From NCBI GenBank assembly GCA_040397215.1, contig JBBAWK010000004.1: a stretch of DNA of 64,000 nucleotides; one strand, written 5' to 3'. A model generated the notes under the pieces. The model ran no database searches. It worked only from the letters and a program-made list of their open reading frames with translations, and was not told the DNA's origin. This document shows positions 29,418 through 39,789 of this stretch, piece after piece. The stretch is from Candidatus Limnocylindrus sp. Its GTDB lineage: Bacteria > Chloroflexota > Limnocylindria > Limnocylindrales > Limnocylindraceae. Within the stretch, counting starts at the first letter, position 1; every line of letters begins with the position of its first letter. Position numbers and translations under genes: made by a program.

Positions 29418-30680
29418 TCAAAGAACGTCGCGTGATCGCGAGGCCATCGGTCGGCCCACACGGAGCGGCTCTTCGGCTGCTGCGGCGCGCCCTAGCAGCA
29501 GGTCGACAGTGCGGCGGGCCCCGCCAGCGCTACACATGACCCCGTGACCCGAGTAGCCCGTGTTCACGAAGAGCCCCGCCTGATCGGTTGGCCCAAGGAA
29601 GGGTCGATGATCTGGGGTGTATTCATATTGTCCCGCCTGAAGGCGCCACGCCGGCGGACCGTCGCGCCAGACATCGCGCCAGAAGGGCGCCAGCAGGGCG
29701 AGCGATGTTGGTGATGCTGGATCGAGAAGTGCGTGAGCCATCGCCTCGTCGGTCGGCACCTCAAGGAGCGGCTCACCGACGGGCGTTGTCGGGTCGGTGC
29801 GCAACGCGAATGCCCCAGCGAGGGCCGGTCGCCAGTGCGATCCCGTCTCATCATCGATCGTCATCGGCCCCGACTGATCGATCACCGGCAGGTTTGGCAT
29901 GACCAGCTTCTGGCGAATCGTTGGCGCGATCGGCAGATCGAGAGCGGCGAGCTTGGCGACGACGCCACTCCACGGACCGGCGGCGATCACCGTTTGCGGC
30001 GCATGTACCGCACCCCGGTTTGTCGTGACCCCCGTCACGCCACCGCTCGCATCCCGCACGAATCCGGTGACGGTTGTCTCCAGTGCATAGGTGGCATGGC
30101 CAGAGCCACTGGCGCCACTAATGTGTGACGCGTGTGACGACGCCGCCGCATATCCGTGGGTGAGTGCCACCTGATCAATGAATCCGTCACCCGCGCGGAA
30201 GCGCACCTGTCGAATCTCAGGAGAGAGATATGTCCAGCGAGCACGCGCCTCGTCACCGCTCAACAGCTCCACATCGGTGAGGCCGAATGTTCGTTGCAGA
30301 GCAACGAGTTCTCGCCCCTTCGCAGCACTCGCCTCGGTGCGGCTGCAGAAGAGATACCCCTGCTGACGAATGTCGAGGTTCCATCCCGTGAGCCCCGACT
30401 CTTCGGCAAAGTTCAGATAGAGGGCCAAGCCCTCTTGTACGAGTGCAAGCTCATCGGCGTTGTCGTGCTGCAAGCGAAACGCGCCCGTTGATGCGGCGGT
30501 CGTGAGCGATGCGATGCTGCTGCGGCGCTCAATCACCAACACCTTGAGTCCGGCGCGTGCTGCAAAGTACGCGGTCGCGGCACCTGCAACGCCTGCTCCA
30601 ATAACGACGAGGTCGACACTTGCGGGAAGTGCTCCGTCATTACGGTCGTAGGTTGGGAGAGCGCTGTTGTCGACGATCAC
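29418..30680 (-). CDS. FAD-dependent oxidoreductase (DAO / sarcosine oxidase beta-like)
   Basis: VIGAGVAG, VIAAGPWS, YTPDHRPFLG, TGYSGHG. Confidence 0.88.
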   Translation of the reverse strand: MIVDNSALPTYDRNDGALPASVDLVVIGAGVAGAATAYFAARAGLKVLVIERRSSIASLTTAASTGAFRLQHDNADELALVQEGLALYLNFAEESGLTGWNLDIRQQGYLFCSRTEASAAKGRELVALQRTFGLTDVELLSGDEARARWTYLSPEIRQVRFRAGDGFIDQVALTHGYAAASSHASHISGASGSGHATYALETTVTGFVRDASGGVTGVTTNRGAVHAPQTVIAAGPWSGVVAKLAALDLPIAPTIRQKLVMPNLPVIDQSGPMTIDDETGSHWRPALAGAFALRTDPTTPVGEPLLEVPTDEAMAHALLDPASPTSLALLAPFWRDVWRDGPPAWRLQAGQYEYTPDHRPFLGPTDQAGLFVNTGYSGHGVMCSAGGARRTVDLLLGRAAAAEEPLRVGRPMASRSRDVL

Positions 30681-31321
30681 GCGGGGTGTCCGGCGGCCAC
30701 GCGAGCGGCACGCAACCGAGCTGCGATCGCCGCTGCGCTGCGCGGATCAGCGCCGTCGAGCAGTCGCGGCCCAACGCCGAATCCAGCGGCGCCAGCGGCC
30801 ACCAGTGCGGCGATCTCGTCGAGCCCTACGTTCGTTGGCACGATCTTGCTGGTTGGGCTCGGTGCCAACGCTGCGCGAATAAATGCCGGAGCGTTGATCG
30901 CCGCCGCGGGGAAGAGCTTCACGTAGGTGGCGCCAGATCGTTCGGCGAGGGCGATCTCGGTTGGCGTGAAGGCACCGGGGAGCCAATCGACCCCGGCGGC
31001 GGTGGCGGCGGCGCCCGTTGCGGGGTCGGTGATTGGCGAGACGAGGAATCGTGCACCGGCATCGATCATGCGCTGCGCCGTCGCGGCGTCGTACACGCTA
31101 CCCGCGCCCACTGCGAGGGTTGGGTGGCTGGAGCGTAGGGAGGCGATCGCTGCGGTCACCGCGGCCTCCGCCCCCTCGCCACGCAGGAAGAGTTCAAGCG
31201 CTGGCACACCGGCATCGAGCGCAGCGTCAGCCCATGCCGACAAGACCGCGGCATCCTGTGCGGCGACCGCCGGAAGGATTCCGACGCGCGAGAAGAGTGG
31301 GCCAAATACCTTCGCTTCCAT
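30677..31321 (-). CDS. eda: KDPG/KHG aldolase family protein
   Basis: LELFLR, VGAGSV, GARFLVSP, PGAFTPTEI, VKLFPA; ATG 31321 lies 6 nt after TG-G-GATACT. Confidence 0.78.
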   Translation of the reverse strand: MEAKVFGPLFSRVGILPAVAAQDAAVLSAWADAALDAGVPALELFLRGEGAEAAVTAAIASLRSSHPTLAVGAGSVYDAATAQRMIDAGARFLVSPITDPATGAAATAAGVDWLPGAFTPTEIALAERSGATYVKLFPAAAINAPAFIRAALAPSPTSKIVPTNVGLDEIAALVAAGAAGFGVGPRLLDGADPRSAAAIAARLRAARVAAGHPA

Positions 31322-31429
31322 GGCGGCAGTATCCCACGCTGCCCGCGCCTGGTCGGCACGCATTCACCCTCTCCTTCAGTGGTGGCTCGCGGGGCTAGGG
31401 TGAGTTTCGCCCTCTGGTAGGCTCGCTCT

Positions 31430-32842
31430 ATGCCGAAGACCATCATTGAGAAGATCTGGAACGAGCACGTTGTCGATGAGCAGGAGGGGGCGCCCGCCAT
31501 CCTCGCGATCGACCTACACCTCGTGCACGAGGTCACCAGCCCCCAGGCCTTTACCGGCCTTCGCGCCCGCGGGCTGAAGGTTCGCCGCCCTGACCGCACG
31601 GTGGCCACCGCCGACCACTCCATTCCAACCACCCCGCGCAACCTGCCGATCGCCGATGAGATGGCCGCCGCCCAGGTGAAGCAGCTCGAGGCGAACTGCG
31701 CCGAGTTCGGCGTCCCCCTGCACGGCTGGGAGTCGCCGAACCAGGGGATCGTGCACGTTATTGGGCCAGAGCTCGGCCTGACGCAGCCTGGCGCAACCAT
31801 CGTCTGTGGCGACTCGCACACGGCGACCCACGGTGCGTTCGGCGCGCTGGCCTTTGGTATCGGCACCAGTGAAGTCGAGATGGTCCTCGCCACCCAATGC
31901 CTCTTGCAGCGCAAGCCGAAGACCTATCTCGTGCGCGTCAATGGAACGCTGCGACCAGGGGTATCGGCGAAGGACATCATCCTGGCGCTGATCGCCCGCA
32001 TCGGCGTCGGCGGCGGCACCGGGCACGTCTTTGAATATGCAGGCTCGGCGATTCGCGCTCTCTCCATGGAGGAGCGCATGACGATCTGCAACATGAGCAT
32101 CGAGGGCGGTGCTCGCGCCGGTCTCGTTGCCCCTGACGAGACGACCTTCGCCTATTTGAAGGGTCGACGCCACGCGCCACAGGGTGCCGATTGGGATGCC
32201 GCCGTCGCGCGCTGGCGCACACTTACGAGCGACGATGGCGCAACGTACGACAAGGAGATCGTCATCGACGCTGACACCCTTGAGCCGATGGTGACCTACG
32301 GCACAAACCCAGGGATGGGACTGCCGATTAGCGGCACGATTCCGAATCCGGCCGACGAGTCTGACCCCGCCGCGGCACGCGCACTCACCCGCGCGCTGGA
32401 GTACATGGATCTGCGCGCGGGCGACAGCATCATCGGACGACCGGTGAACACCGTCTTTATTGGCAGCTGCACCAACGGTCGCATCAGCGACCTGCGCCTC
32501 GCCGCGAATGTGCTGAAAGGTCAGACCATTGCGAAGGGGGTGCGTGTGATGGTGGTGCCAGGATCTGCCGACGTGAAGCGACAGGCGGAGCGCGAAGGGC
32601 TCGACAAGATCTTCCGCGACGCGGGTGCCGATTGGCGCGAGGCGGGCTGCTCGATGTGCATCGCCATGAATGGCGACCAACTCGCCCCAGGCGAGTACGC
32701 GATCAGCACCTCGAACCGCAACTTTGAGGGGCGCCAGGGGAAGGGGGGTCGCACCTTCTTGGCTTCACCACTCACCGCCGCGGCCACCGCGCTCACCGGC
32801 GTCGTCGCCGATCCACGCACGCTTCCAGGGATGAGCCGCTGA
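31430..32842 (+). CDS. leuC: 3-isopropylmalate dehydratase large subunit
   Basis: [43 protein letters not shown]. Confidence 0.97.
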   Translation: MPKTIIEKIWNEHVVDEQEGAPAILAIDLHLVHEVTSPQAFTGLRARGLKVRRPDRTVATADHSIPTTPRNLPIADEMAAAQVKQLEANCAEFGVPLHGWESPNQGIVHVIGPELGLTQPGATIVCGDSHTATHGAFGALAFGIGTSEVEMVLATQCLLQRKPKTYLVRVNGTLRPGVSAKDIILALIARIGVGGGTGHVFEYAGSAIRALSMEERMTICNMSIEGGARAGLVAPDETTFAYLKGRRHAPQGADWDAAVARWRTLTSDDGATYDKEIVIDADTLEPMVTYGTNPGMGLPISGTIPNPADESDPAAARALTRALEYMDLRAGDSIIGRPVNTVFIGSCTNGRISDLRLAANVLKGQTIAKGVRVMVVPGSADVKRQAEREGLDKIFRDAGADWREAGCSMCIAMNGDQLAPGEYAISTSNRNFEGRQGKGGRTFLASPLTAAATALTGVVADPRTLPGMSR

Positions 32843-33474
32843 TGGCCGCCCCAAGGGTCGGCACCCTCACCACCGGGCTCGTGCCACTCCCCGCCGAGAA
32901 TGTCGACACCGACCAGATCGTGCCCGCCCGCTACCTGAAGGTCATCGACAAGGCGGGCCTCGCCGATGCCCTCTTCCACGACTGGCGCTTTGAGGCCGAC
33001 GGCAGTAAGAAGAGCCCACCCTTTGTGATTGACGAGCCGCGCTACGCCGGCCACGGCATCCTGGTTGCGGGCGACAACTTCGGCGGCGGCTCCAGCCGTG
33101 AGCATGCGCCGTGGGCCCTTGGCGCCTTCGGCATAAAGGCGATCCTCGCAACAAGCTTCGCCGACATCTTTAAGTCGAATGCACTGAAGAACGGAATCCT
33201 GCCGATCATCTTGCCCGCCGAGCTGCACGGCACGCTGATGCAGATCGCCAAGGACGACCTCGCGGCGACGGTGACCATTGAACTTGCAACCGCGACGTTG
33301 ACGACCCCCGATGGCACTGCACATCAGTTCCCAATTGACGCCTTCAGCCAGAAGATGCTGCTCGACGGACTTGATGAGTTGGACTACATCCGCACGCAGA
33401 GCGGCAAGATTGAGGCGCACGAGACGGGGCACCCAGGAACGATCAACACACTGCAGCCAAACGCACCGCGATGA
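32842..33474 (+). CDS. leuD: 3-isopropylmalate dehydratase small subunit
   Basis: [30 protein letters not shown]. Confidence 0.96.
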   Translation: MAAPRVGTLTTGLVPLPAENVDTDQIVPARYLKVIDKAGLADALFHDWRFEADGSKKSPPFVIDEPRYAGHGILVAGDNFGGGSSREHAPWALGAFGIKAILATSFADIFKSNALKNGILPIILPAELHGTLMQIAKDDLAATVTIELATATLTTPDGTAHQFPIDAFSQKMLLDGLDELDYIRTQSGKIEAHETGHPGTINTLQPNAPR

Positions 33475-35210
33475 GCAAGAGCCCGTACGACCGCGCGAGC
33501 GATCCAGCGAAGCGGCACTCCGCCGCAATGACCGACGGCCCAGACCGCGCACCGGCGCGCGCAATGTTGAAGGCGGTCGGCTTCACCGACGAAGATCTCG
33601 CCAAGCCGATCATTGGCGTTGCCACCACCTGGATCGAGACGATGCCGTGCAACTTGAATCAGCGCGAGCTGGCCGAGGCGGTGAAACGTGGTATCCGGCG
33701 CGCCGGTGGCACGCCGATGGAGTTCGGCACCATCTCCGTCTCCGACGGCGTGGCAATGGGCACCGAGGGGATGAAGGCCTCGCTCATCTCGCGCGAGATC
33801 ATCGCCGACTCCATCGAGCTCGTTTCTGCGGGGCACAGCTTCGACGGCATCGTCTGCCTCACTGGCTGCGATAAGACCAGCCCTGGCGCCGCGATGGCGC
33901 TCGGCCGCCTGAATATTCCTGGACTCGTCCTATATAACGGCACGATCCTTCCAGGCACCTATAAGGGGAAGGATGTGACGGTGCAGAGCGTCTTTGAAGC
34001 GGTCGGCTCGTACAACGCCGGGAAGATCAGCGCCGAGGAGCTCTGGGATCTCGAGAACGCCGCCTGCCCAGGGGCGGGCGCCTGTGGCGGCCAGTTCACC
34101 GCGAACACGATGAGCATGGCGCTCGAGGTGATCGGCCTCTCCCCCGCCGGCCTCAACGGCATCCCCGCCACCGACCCCGACAAGATCGCCGCAGCCGAGC
34201 GCTCAGGCGAGATCGCCGTGGAGCTGGTGCGCAAGAACCTAAAGCCGCGCGACATCGTCACCGGCAAGGCGCTCGAGAATGCGATTCGCGCGGTCGGTGC
34301 AACCGCCGGCTCAACGAACGCAGTGCTGCACCTACTCGCCATCGCCCGCGAGTTCGATCTGCCGCTCGAGATCGAAGCCTTTGAGCGACTCGGTGAATCA
34401 ACGCCCGTCATCGGCAACCTGATCCCAGGCGGCTCATACGCCGCACTCGATCTGTATAAGGCTGGTGGCATCGCGCTCGTGTTGCGTGAACTGGCCGCTG
34501 GCGGCCTGCTGCACCTCAACGAGCAGGGCGTCGACGGACGAACGATGGGCGAGATCGCATCGCAGGCGAACGAGCGCGCCGGACAAGATGTGATTCGCCC
34601 GATCAACAACCCAATCAAAAAGACGGGTGGCCTCACCGTGCTGCGCGGCAGCCTCGCACCTGAGGGTGCGATCGTGAAGCTCGCCGGACACGAGCGCCGA
34701 CATCACAGCGGACCGGCGCGCGTCTTCGATTCCGAGGAGGCGGCCTTCGCCGCGATCCGCGCCAACGGCATCGTTGCGGGCGACGTCGTGGTGATTCGCT
34801 ACGAAGGGCCAGTCGGCGGACCAGGGATGCGCGAGATGCTCGCCGTGACCGCTGCACTCGTGGGGCAAGGGCTCGGCGACGAGGTCGCACTCATTACGGA
34901 CGGCCGCTTCTCTGGCGCAACCCACGGCTTTATGGTGGCGCATATTGCTCCTGAGGCGGCGCTCGGCGGACCGATCGCCCTCGTTCATGAAGGCGACACC
35001 GTCACCATCGATGTTGACTCGCACGAGCTGCGCATTGAGGTCGCCGAGAGCGAGCTAGCGGCCCGTCGCGCAGTATGGCGCGCCCCCGCGCCACACTACG
35101 CTGGCGGAGTCTGGGCGAAGTACGCTGCCTTGGTGAGCAGTGCGTCAGATGGCGCCATCACCACAGGGGTGCGCCTCGCCAAGGCGCTGAAAGGATCAAC
35201 CGACCGATGA
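33471..35210 (+). CDS. ilvD: Dihydroxy-acid dehydratase
   Basis: [40 protein letters not shown]. Confidence 0.97.
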   Translation: MSKSPYDRASDPAKRHSAAMTDGPDRAPARAMLKAVGFTDEDLAKPIIGVATTWIETMPCNLNQRELAEAVKRGIRRAGGTPMEFGTISVSDGVAMGTEGMKASLISREIIADSIELVSAGHSFDGIVCLTGCDKTSPGAAMALGRLNIPGLVLYNGTILPGTYKGKDVTVQSVFEAVGSYNAGKISAEELWDLENAACPGAGACGGQFTANTMSMALEVIGLSPAGLNGIPATDPDKIAAAERSGEIAVELVRKNLKPRDIVTGKALENAIRAVGATAGSTNAVLHLLAIAREFDLPLEIEAFERLGESTPVIGNLIPGGSYAALDLYKAGGIALVLRELAAGGLLHLNEQGVDGRTMGEIASQANERAGQDVIRPINNPIKKTGGLTVLRGSLAPEGAIVKLAGHERRHHSGPARVFDSEEAAFAAIRANGIVAGDVVVIRYEGPVGGPGMREMLAVTAALVGQGLGDEVALITDGRFSGATHGFMVAHIAPEAALGGPIALVHEGDTVTIDVDSHELRIEVAESELAARRAVWRAPAPHYAGGVWAKYAALVSSASDGAITTGVRLAKALKGSTDR

Positions 35211-35440
35211 GCGCAGCGAAGGCGATCGATCCGAGAGACCCACGTGGTGGCCTGCGTGGCCTTGACGCCCCAGCAATTCCGGGGGGCGACCAACTCACGC
35301 AGGCACAACAGACGAAGGCTGATGCCGACGAGCGCAGCGGTAGGCGCGGCGTGAAACTCATCGTCGGCGCCATCGTCGGCATCACGCTTGGAGCACTCAT
35401 CTTGCAGCTCATCCTCACGATCGCCGGTGTTGGCCAGTGA
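35207..35440 (+). CDS. Small protein with a C-terminal TM helix
   Basis: [11 protein letters not shown]...; overlaps the ilvD stop (ATGA) and the next start (GTGA). Confidence 0.6.
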   Translation: MSAAKAIDPRDPRGGLRGLDAPAIPGGDQLTQAQQTKADADERSGRRGVKLIVGAIVGITLGALILQLILTIAGVGQ

Positions 35441-36945
35441 GCGGCACCTCGCGCTTCACCGCAACCGCCGCGGATCACTTCCCGCAGGGCCTCCCCTCCG
35501 CCTCCGTTGATGCCGCACTACTGAAGCGCATCGGCGCCGAGGCGGGTGACGATCTGGTGAAGCTAATTCGCGCCGAGAGCGTGAACCCTCCAGGCAATGA
35601 GACGCGCGCCGCCAAGGTGCTGATTGAGCTGCTCCGCCGTGAGGGCCTCGAGCCTGAGTTCTTCGAGCCAATCCCCGACCGCGGCAATGTCAGCGTGCGA
35701 CTGCGCGGCAGCGCCTCCGCTGCAAATCCGAAGCTCGACCCACGCGATCCAAAAGATGGCGCGCTCCTCCTCTTCGCCCACCTCGACGTGGTGCCCGCCA
35801 ACCAGGATGGCTGGACAGTTGATCCGTTTGAAGGCGTCGTGAAGGACGGCTACATCTGGGGCCGTGGCGCCGTTGACATGAAGGGCGCCTTAGCGGTGCA
35901 GGTCGGCGTGATCCGACTCCTCTGCGAGCGCGCTCGCGCCGCCGGACTTAATCCGGCGAAGGATGTGATCCCTGGCCTGCGTCGCGACATCATCCTCACC
36001 GCCACCGCCGACGAAGAGACGGGCGGCCTAGAGGGGATCGCCCTCGTCCTCCAAGACCGCAAGCACTGGCTCGACGCCGCGGTTGGCCTCACCGAGGCGG
36101 GTGGCATGACGATCACCGCCGCCGGCCGGCGCATCTACCCGCTGCAGGTTGCCGAGAAGGGCTTCGCCCGATTCACCATCACCGTCAGCGGGCGCTGGGG
36201 CCATGCCTCGATGCCCGACAGCGACAACGCCCTGCTCCGCGCCGCCCAGGTGGTGGAGCGCGTCTCAGTGCCTGGCCCCGTCCAGATCGTGCCCGAGAAC
36301 GAGGCGCTCCTCACCGCCCTGCGTGCCGCCCTCCCAGCTGGGGCGATGGGTCGCCTCGAGCGCCTCCTCAGCGAGAAGACCTTTGACGACGCCAAGGAGC
36401 TCAATGCCGAAGCGTCGGCCGCGGGCTGCGCCCCTGAGCTCCTGCGCGCGCTGCGCGCCGTGTTGCGCGACACGTTCGCGCCAACGATCCTTGCCTCAGG
36501 CATTCGCTCCAACGTGTTGCCAGGATTAGCAACCCTCACCGTTGACAGCCGCATCCTGCCAGGGACAACGCGCGAAGCTGCAGAGCGCAACATGCTCGAC
36601 CGCATCGGTGCTGACCTTGCACCGTTCGTGAAGCTTGACCTCATCGAATATGGTGGCGCGGTAAGCAACCCGATGGATCACGAGATCCTTGGCATTGCGA
36701 GCGCCGCGATTCGCACACGCGACAGTGAGGCGATCATGATGCCCGCCGTCGCGCCGTATGCGACCGACGCGAAGATCACTGTGCCAGCTGGGATTCCAAC
36801 CTACGGATTCTCACCGTATCTGCTGGATCCGAAGGAGCGCTTCATGGAGCGATTCCACGGCATCGACGAGCGCGTCTCACAAGAGGCCCTCGCCTGGGGC
36901 GTTGAGGTGCTGTACGACGTGGCTATGGGGTACGCAGGGGAGTAA
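35437..36945 (+). CDS. M20/M25/M40 family metallopeptidase/deacylase
   Basis: AHLDVVPA, WGRGAVDMKG, ADEE, AEKG, GHAS, HGIDER. Confidence 0.9.
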   Translation: MSGTSRFTATAADHFPQGLPSASVDAALLKRIGAEAGDDLVKLIRAESVNPPGNETRAAKVLIELLRREGLEPEFFEPIPDRGNVSVRLRGSASAANPKLDPRDPKDGALLLFAHLDVVPANQDGWTVDPFEGVVKDGYIWGRGAVDMKGALAVQVGVIRLLCERARAAGLNPAKDVIPGLRRDIILTATADEETGGLEGIALVLQDRKHWLDAAVGLTEAGGMTITAAGRRIYPLQVAEKGFARFTITVSGRWGHASMPDSDNALLRAAQVVERVSVPGPVQIVPENEALLTALRAALPAGAMGRLERLLSEKTFDDAKELNAEASAAGCAPELLRALRAVLRDTFAPTILASGIRSNVLPGLATLTVDSRILPGTTREAAERNMLDRIGADLAPFVKLDLIEYGGAVSNPMDHEILGIASAAIRTRDSEAIMMPAVAPYATDAKITVPAGIPTYGFSPYLLDPKERFMERFHGIDERVSQEALAWGVEVLYDVAMGYAGE

Positions 36946-37504
36946 CCGGCGCGCGCGTTGCCAGTGCGGCAACAGCAGCAGCAACCAGACCACGCTCCGC
37001 CTTCGGTAGTCGTCGCACCAGATCCACAAACTGTTCCGCGCGACCGCGATCAATGGAGGTGAGGAGCGCTTCGCCGCTTGGAGCAAGCTGCGATCGACGC
37101 ACGCGGGCATCACTCGTTGGCGCGGCGCGCAGATAGCGACGCTCATGCAAGAAGCTGACCAGGCGACTGGTCGCCGAATGCGAGCGGCCGAGGTCTCGAG
37201 CGATCTCCCCTACCGATCGCGGCTTCCCGTCAGCGAGTAGATAGAGCGCGGCGACCTGCGCGAGCGAGAGTTCGCTCGGTGCAAGTTGCTGTGCTGTAGA
37301 CAGCACCAGTTCGCGCCAGAGGCGACGGATGGAGACGATGCGACCGCCGATCTCACCGAGACTCTGCCGGCGTCGCGACACCTCGTCGAGCGGGCTCTCC
37401 CCCATCTCACCGCGGGCGACGCGGACTGCGGCGGGGAGACGGCTGCGCAGCCCCTCGGCGGCCTTGGCTATCTCGGCAATTCGGTTACGGCGAGGTGTAT
37501 GCAT
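36923..37504 (-). CDS. MarR-family transcriptional regulator
   Basis: ELSLAQ...SVGEIARDLGRSHSATSRLV...DARVR winged HTH; start 37504 or 37516. Confidence 0.8.
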   Translation of the reverse strand: MHTPRRNRIAEIAKAAEGLRSRLPAAVRVARGEMGESPLDEVSRRRQSLGEIGGRIVSIRRLWRELVLSTAQQLAPSELSLAQVAALYLLADGKPRSVGEIARDLGRSHSATSRLVSFLHERRYLRAAPTSDARVRRSQLAPSGEALLTSIDRGRAEQFVDLVRRLPKAERGLVAAAVAALATRAPVTPLRTP

Positions 37505-37515
37505 ATGCGCATACA
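37496..37515. promoter_or_regulatory. Inverted-repeat operator between marR and fabD
   Basis: TGTATGC-ATATGC-GCATACA: an AT-rich perfect 7-bp inverted repeat overlapping the marR -10 and start. Confidence 0.6.
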
Positions 37516-37555
37516 TTAGCGCAGCGGGTCCAACAGGGCGGCTACGATTCCCCGC

Positions 37556-38497
37556 ATGTCACCGAATACCTCGTGGATCTTCCCTGGGCAGGGCTCGCAG
37601 AGCGTCGGCATGGGTGCCGCCGCCCTCGCAGCCTCCCCCGCCGCGCGGGCCGTGCTCGCTGAGGCTGAAGCCGCCCTTGGCCAGCCGCTCGGCCAGCTGA
37701 TGGCGACCGGCCCGGTCGAGGCCCTCGAGCGTACCGAGGTCGCACAGCCCGCCATCCTCACCATCTCCATCGCCATGCTTGCCGCCGCGCGCGAACGCGC
37801 CGCAGCCGCAGACACCCCACTCGACGAGCCGATCCTGATCGCCGGACACTCGGCCGGCCAGTACGCCGCCGCGGTCGCCGCGGGCGCACTCTCCGTTGCT
37901 GATGGTGTCCGACTCGCGCGCCGACGCGGCGAGCTGATGCAGGCATCGGGTGGCGGACGACCCGGCGCCATGGCCGCCATCCTCGGTCTTCCTGAGAGGG
38001 CCGAGGCCGACGTGATCGCCGCTGGCGCAAAGCTCGGCATCTTGGTCTTCGCCAATCGCAACTCGCCGGGGCAGATCGTGCTCTCCGGTGAAGTCGCCGC
38101 CATCGAAGCGGCCGTTGCCGCAGCAAGCGCCGCCGGCGCAAAGCGCGCCGTGCGACTGCAGGTCAGCATCGCCAGCCACTCACCACTGATGGAGGAGGCC
38201 GCCGCCGGCATGCGCGAGGCGCTCGCCGCCGTGACCATTGCCGATCCGAAGACCCCGATGCTCGCCAACGCCACCGCCGCGCGCATCACCACCGCCGCGC
38301 AGCTACGCGACGAACTCTCGAATCACCTCACCGGTGGTGTTGACTGGATCGCCGCGGTGAATGCGATGGCGGCCGCTGGCACGAAGCGCTACATCGAGGT
38401 CGGCTCGGGTCGTGTGCTCGCCGGACTCGTCAAGCGCATCCCATCGGCCGACGGCGCCGAGATCCTCTCCATTGAAGAATTAACCCCAGCAGCCTAA
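37556..38497 (+). CDS. fabD: Malonyl-CoA:ACP transacylase
   Basis: FPGQGSQ, AQPAI, GHSAG, RGELMQ, ASHSPLM, EVGSGRVL. Confidence 0.94.
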   Translation: MSPNTSWIFPGQGSQSVGMGAAALAASPAARAVLAEAEAALGQPLGQLMATGPVEALERTEVAQPAILTISIAMLAAARERAAAADTPLDEPILIAGHSAGQYAAAVAAGALSVADGVRLARRRGELMQASGGGRPGAMAAILGLPERAEADVIAAGAKLGILVFANRNSPGQIVLSGEVAAIEAAVAAASAAGAKRAVRLQVSIASHSPLMEEAAAGMREALAAVTIADPKTPMLANATAARITTAAQLRDELSNHLTGGVDWIAAVNAMAAAGTKRYIEVGSGRVLAGLVKRIPSADGAEILSIEELTPAA

Positions 38498-38515
38498 GAG
38501 GGAAGGAGCAGCAGC

Positions 38516-39781
38516 ATGCGCGAGCCAGATCACACCCGACGCGTCGTTATCACCGGACTCGGCATCGTCTCACCGATCGGCAACACCGTTGGCGACGTGT
38601 GGACATCACTCACCGAAGGTCGCAGCGGCATCGCGCAGATCACCCACTGGGACCCAACCCCTTACGCGCCATACGTGGTTGCTGGCGAGGTGAAGAACTT
38701 TGACGTCACCCAGTTCCTCGACGCCAAGCAGATTCGCCGCACCGGCCCCGAGATCCATTGGGGCGTTGCAGCGGCGAAGGCCGCCCTGCGCGACTCGGGG
38801 CTCGAGATCACCGACGCGAACCGCGAAGAGGTCGGCGTGGTCTTCGGCTCGGGCGCCGGTGGGCAGGGCCTCTTCATTGAGAACCAGATGAGCTGGAAGG
38901 AGAAGGGGCCGCGCGCCGTTGCCCCGACCTTCATCGCCCACGGTCTCGTTGACAGCACCTCAGGAATGATCGCTATCGAATCGGGTGCCGTGGGGCACAA
39001 CCTGGCGGTCGTCTCCGCCTGCGCCACCGGCACGCACGCCTTGGGCGAGGCGGCTGAGGCGATCAAGCGCGGCGACGTGACCGCCGTCATCGCCGGCTCC
39101 ACCGAGAACCCCCTCATCGAGGTGGCCCACATTGGCTTCATGAACATGCGCGGACTTGCCAGCCCGCGCGACGGCGAAGGGCCAGCATCGGCCTGCCGAC
39201 CGTACGACGTGGATCGCGCGGGCTTCGTTCTTGGCGAAGGGGCGGGCGCCTTCATCGTCGAGGATCTCGCATCAGCCACAGCGCGCGGCGCCACGATCTA
39301 CGCCGAGGTTGTTGGCTACGGCAGCTCCGCCGATGCACACGACATGATCCAGCCGATCGAGGGCGGCGCCGGTTCGGCGCGCTCCATCAAGTGGGCGCTG
39401 CAGCGCGGCAAGATCGACTCAACGGAGATTGACCTGATCAATCCGCACGGCACCAGCACGCCGGTGGGCGATGAGCGCGAGGCGCTCGCCTTCCACGCCT
39501 CCTTCGGGCCACGTGCGGCAGAGATTCCCATCTCAGCAACGAAGTCGTTGACCGGCCACCTCATGGGTGCCGCGGGTGCGGTTGAGGCGGTATTCACGAC
39601 CCTCTCGCTGCATCACCAGGTGATTCCGGGAACGCTCCATACGAAGAACGTCGATCCCGCCTGTAACCTGAACGTCAACCTCGAAACACGCCCGGCCGAG
39701 ATTCGCGCCGCGGTGAGCAACAACGTCGGGCTCGGTGGGCATAATGGCGCCATCGTGTTGCGACGCTGGACCGGAAAGTAG
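38516..39781 (+). CDS. fabF: Beta-ketoacyl-ACP synthase II (copy 1)
   Basis: RVVITGLG, SACATG, HGTST, KSLTGHLMGAAG (Cys-His-His triad). Confidence 0.9.
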   Translation: MREPDHTRRVVITGLGIVSPIGNTVGDVWTSLTEGRSGIAQITHWDPTPYAPYVVAGEVKNFDVTQFLDAKQIRRTGPEIHWGVAAAKAALRDSGLEITDANREEVGVVFGSGAGGQGLFIENQMSWKEKGPRAVAPTFIAHGLVDSTSGMIAIESGAVGHNLAVVSACATGTHALGEAAEAIKRGDVTAVIAGSTENPLIEVAHIGFMNMRGLASPRDGEGPASACRPYDVDRAGFVLGEGAGAFIVEDLASATARGATIYAEVVGYGSSADAHDMIQPIEGGAGSARSIKWALQRGKIDSTEIDLINPHGTSTPVGDEREALAFHASFGPRAAEIPISATKSLTGHLMGAAGAVEAVFTTLSLHHQVIPGTLHTKNVDPACNLNVNLETRPAEIRAAVSNNVGLGGHNGAIVLRRWTGK

Positions 39782-39789
39782 GAGGAGCC

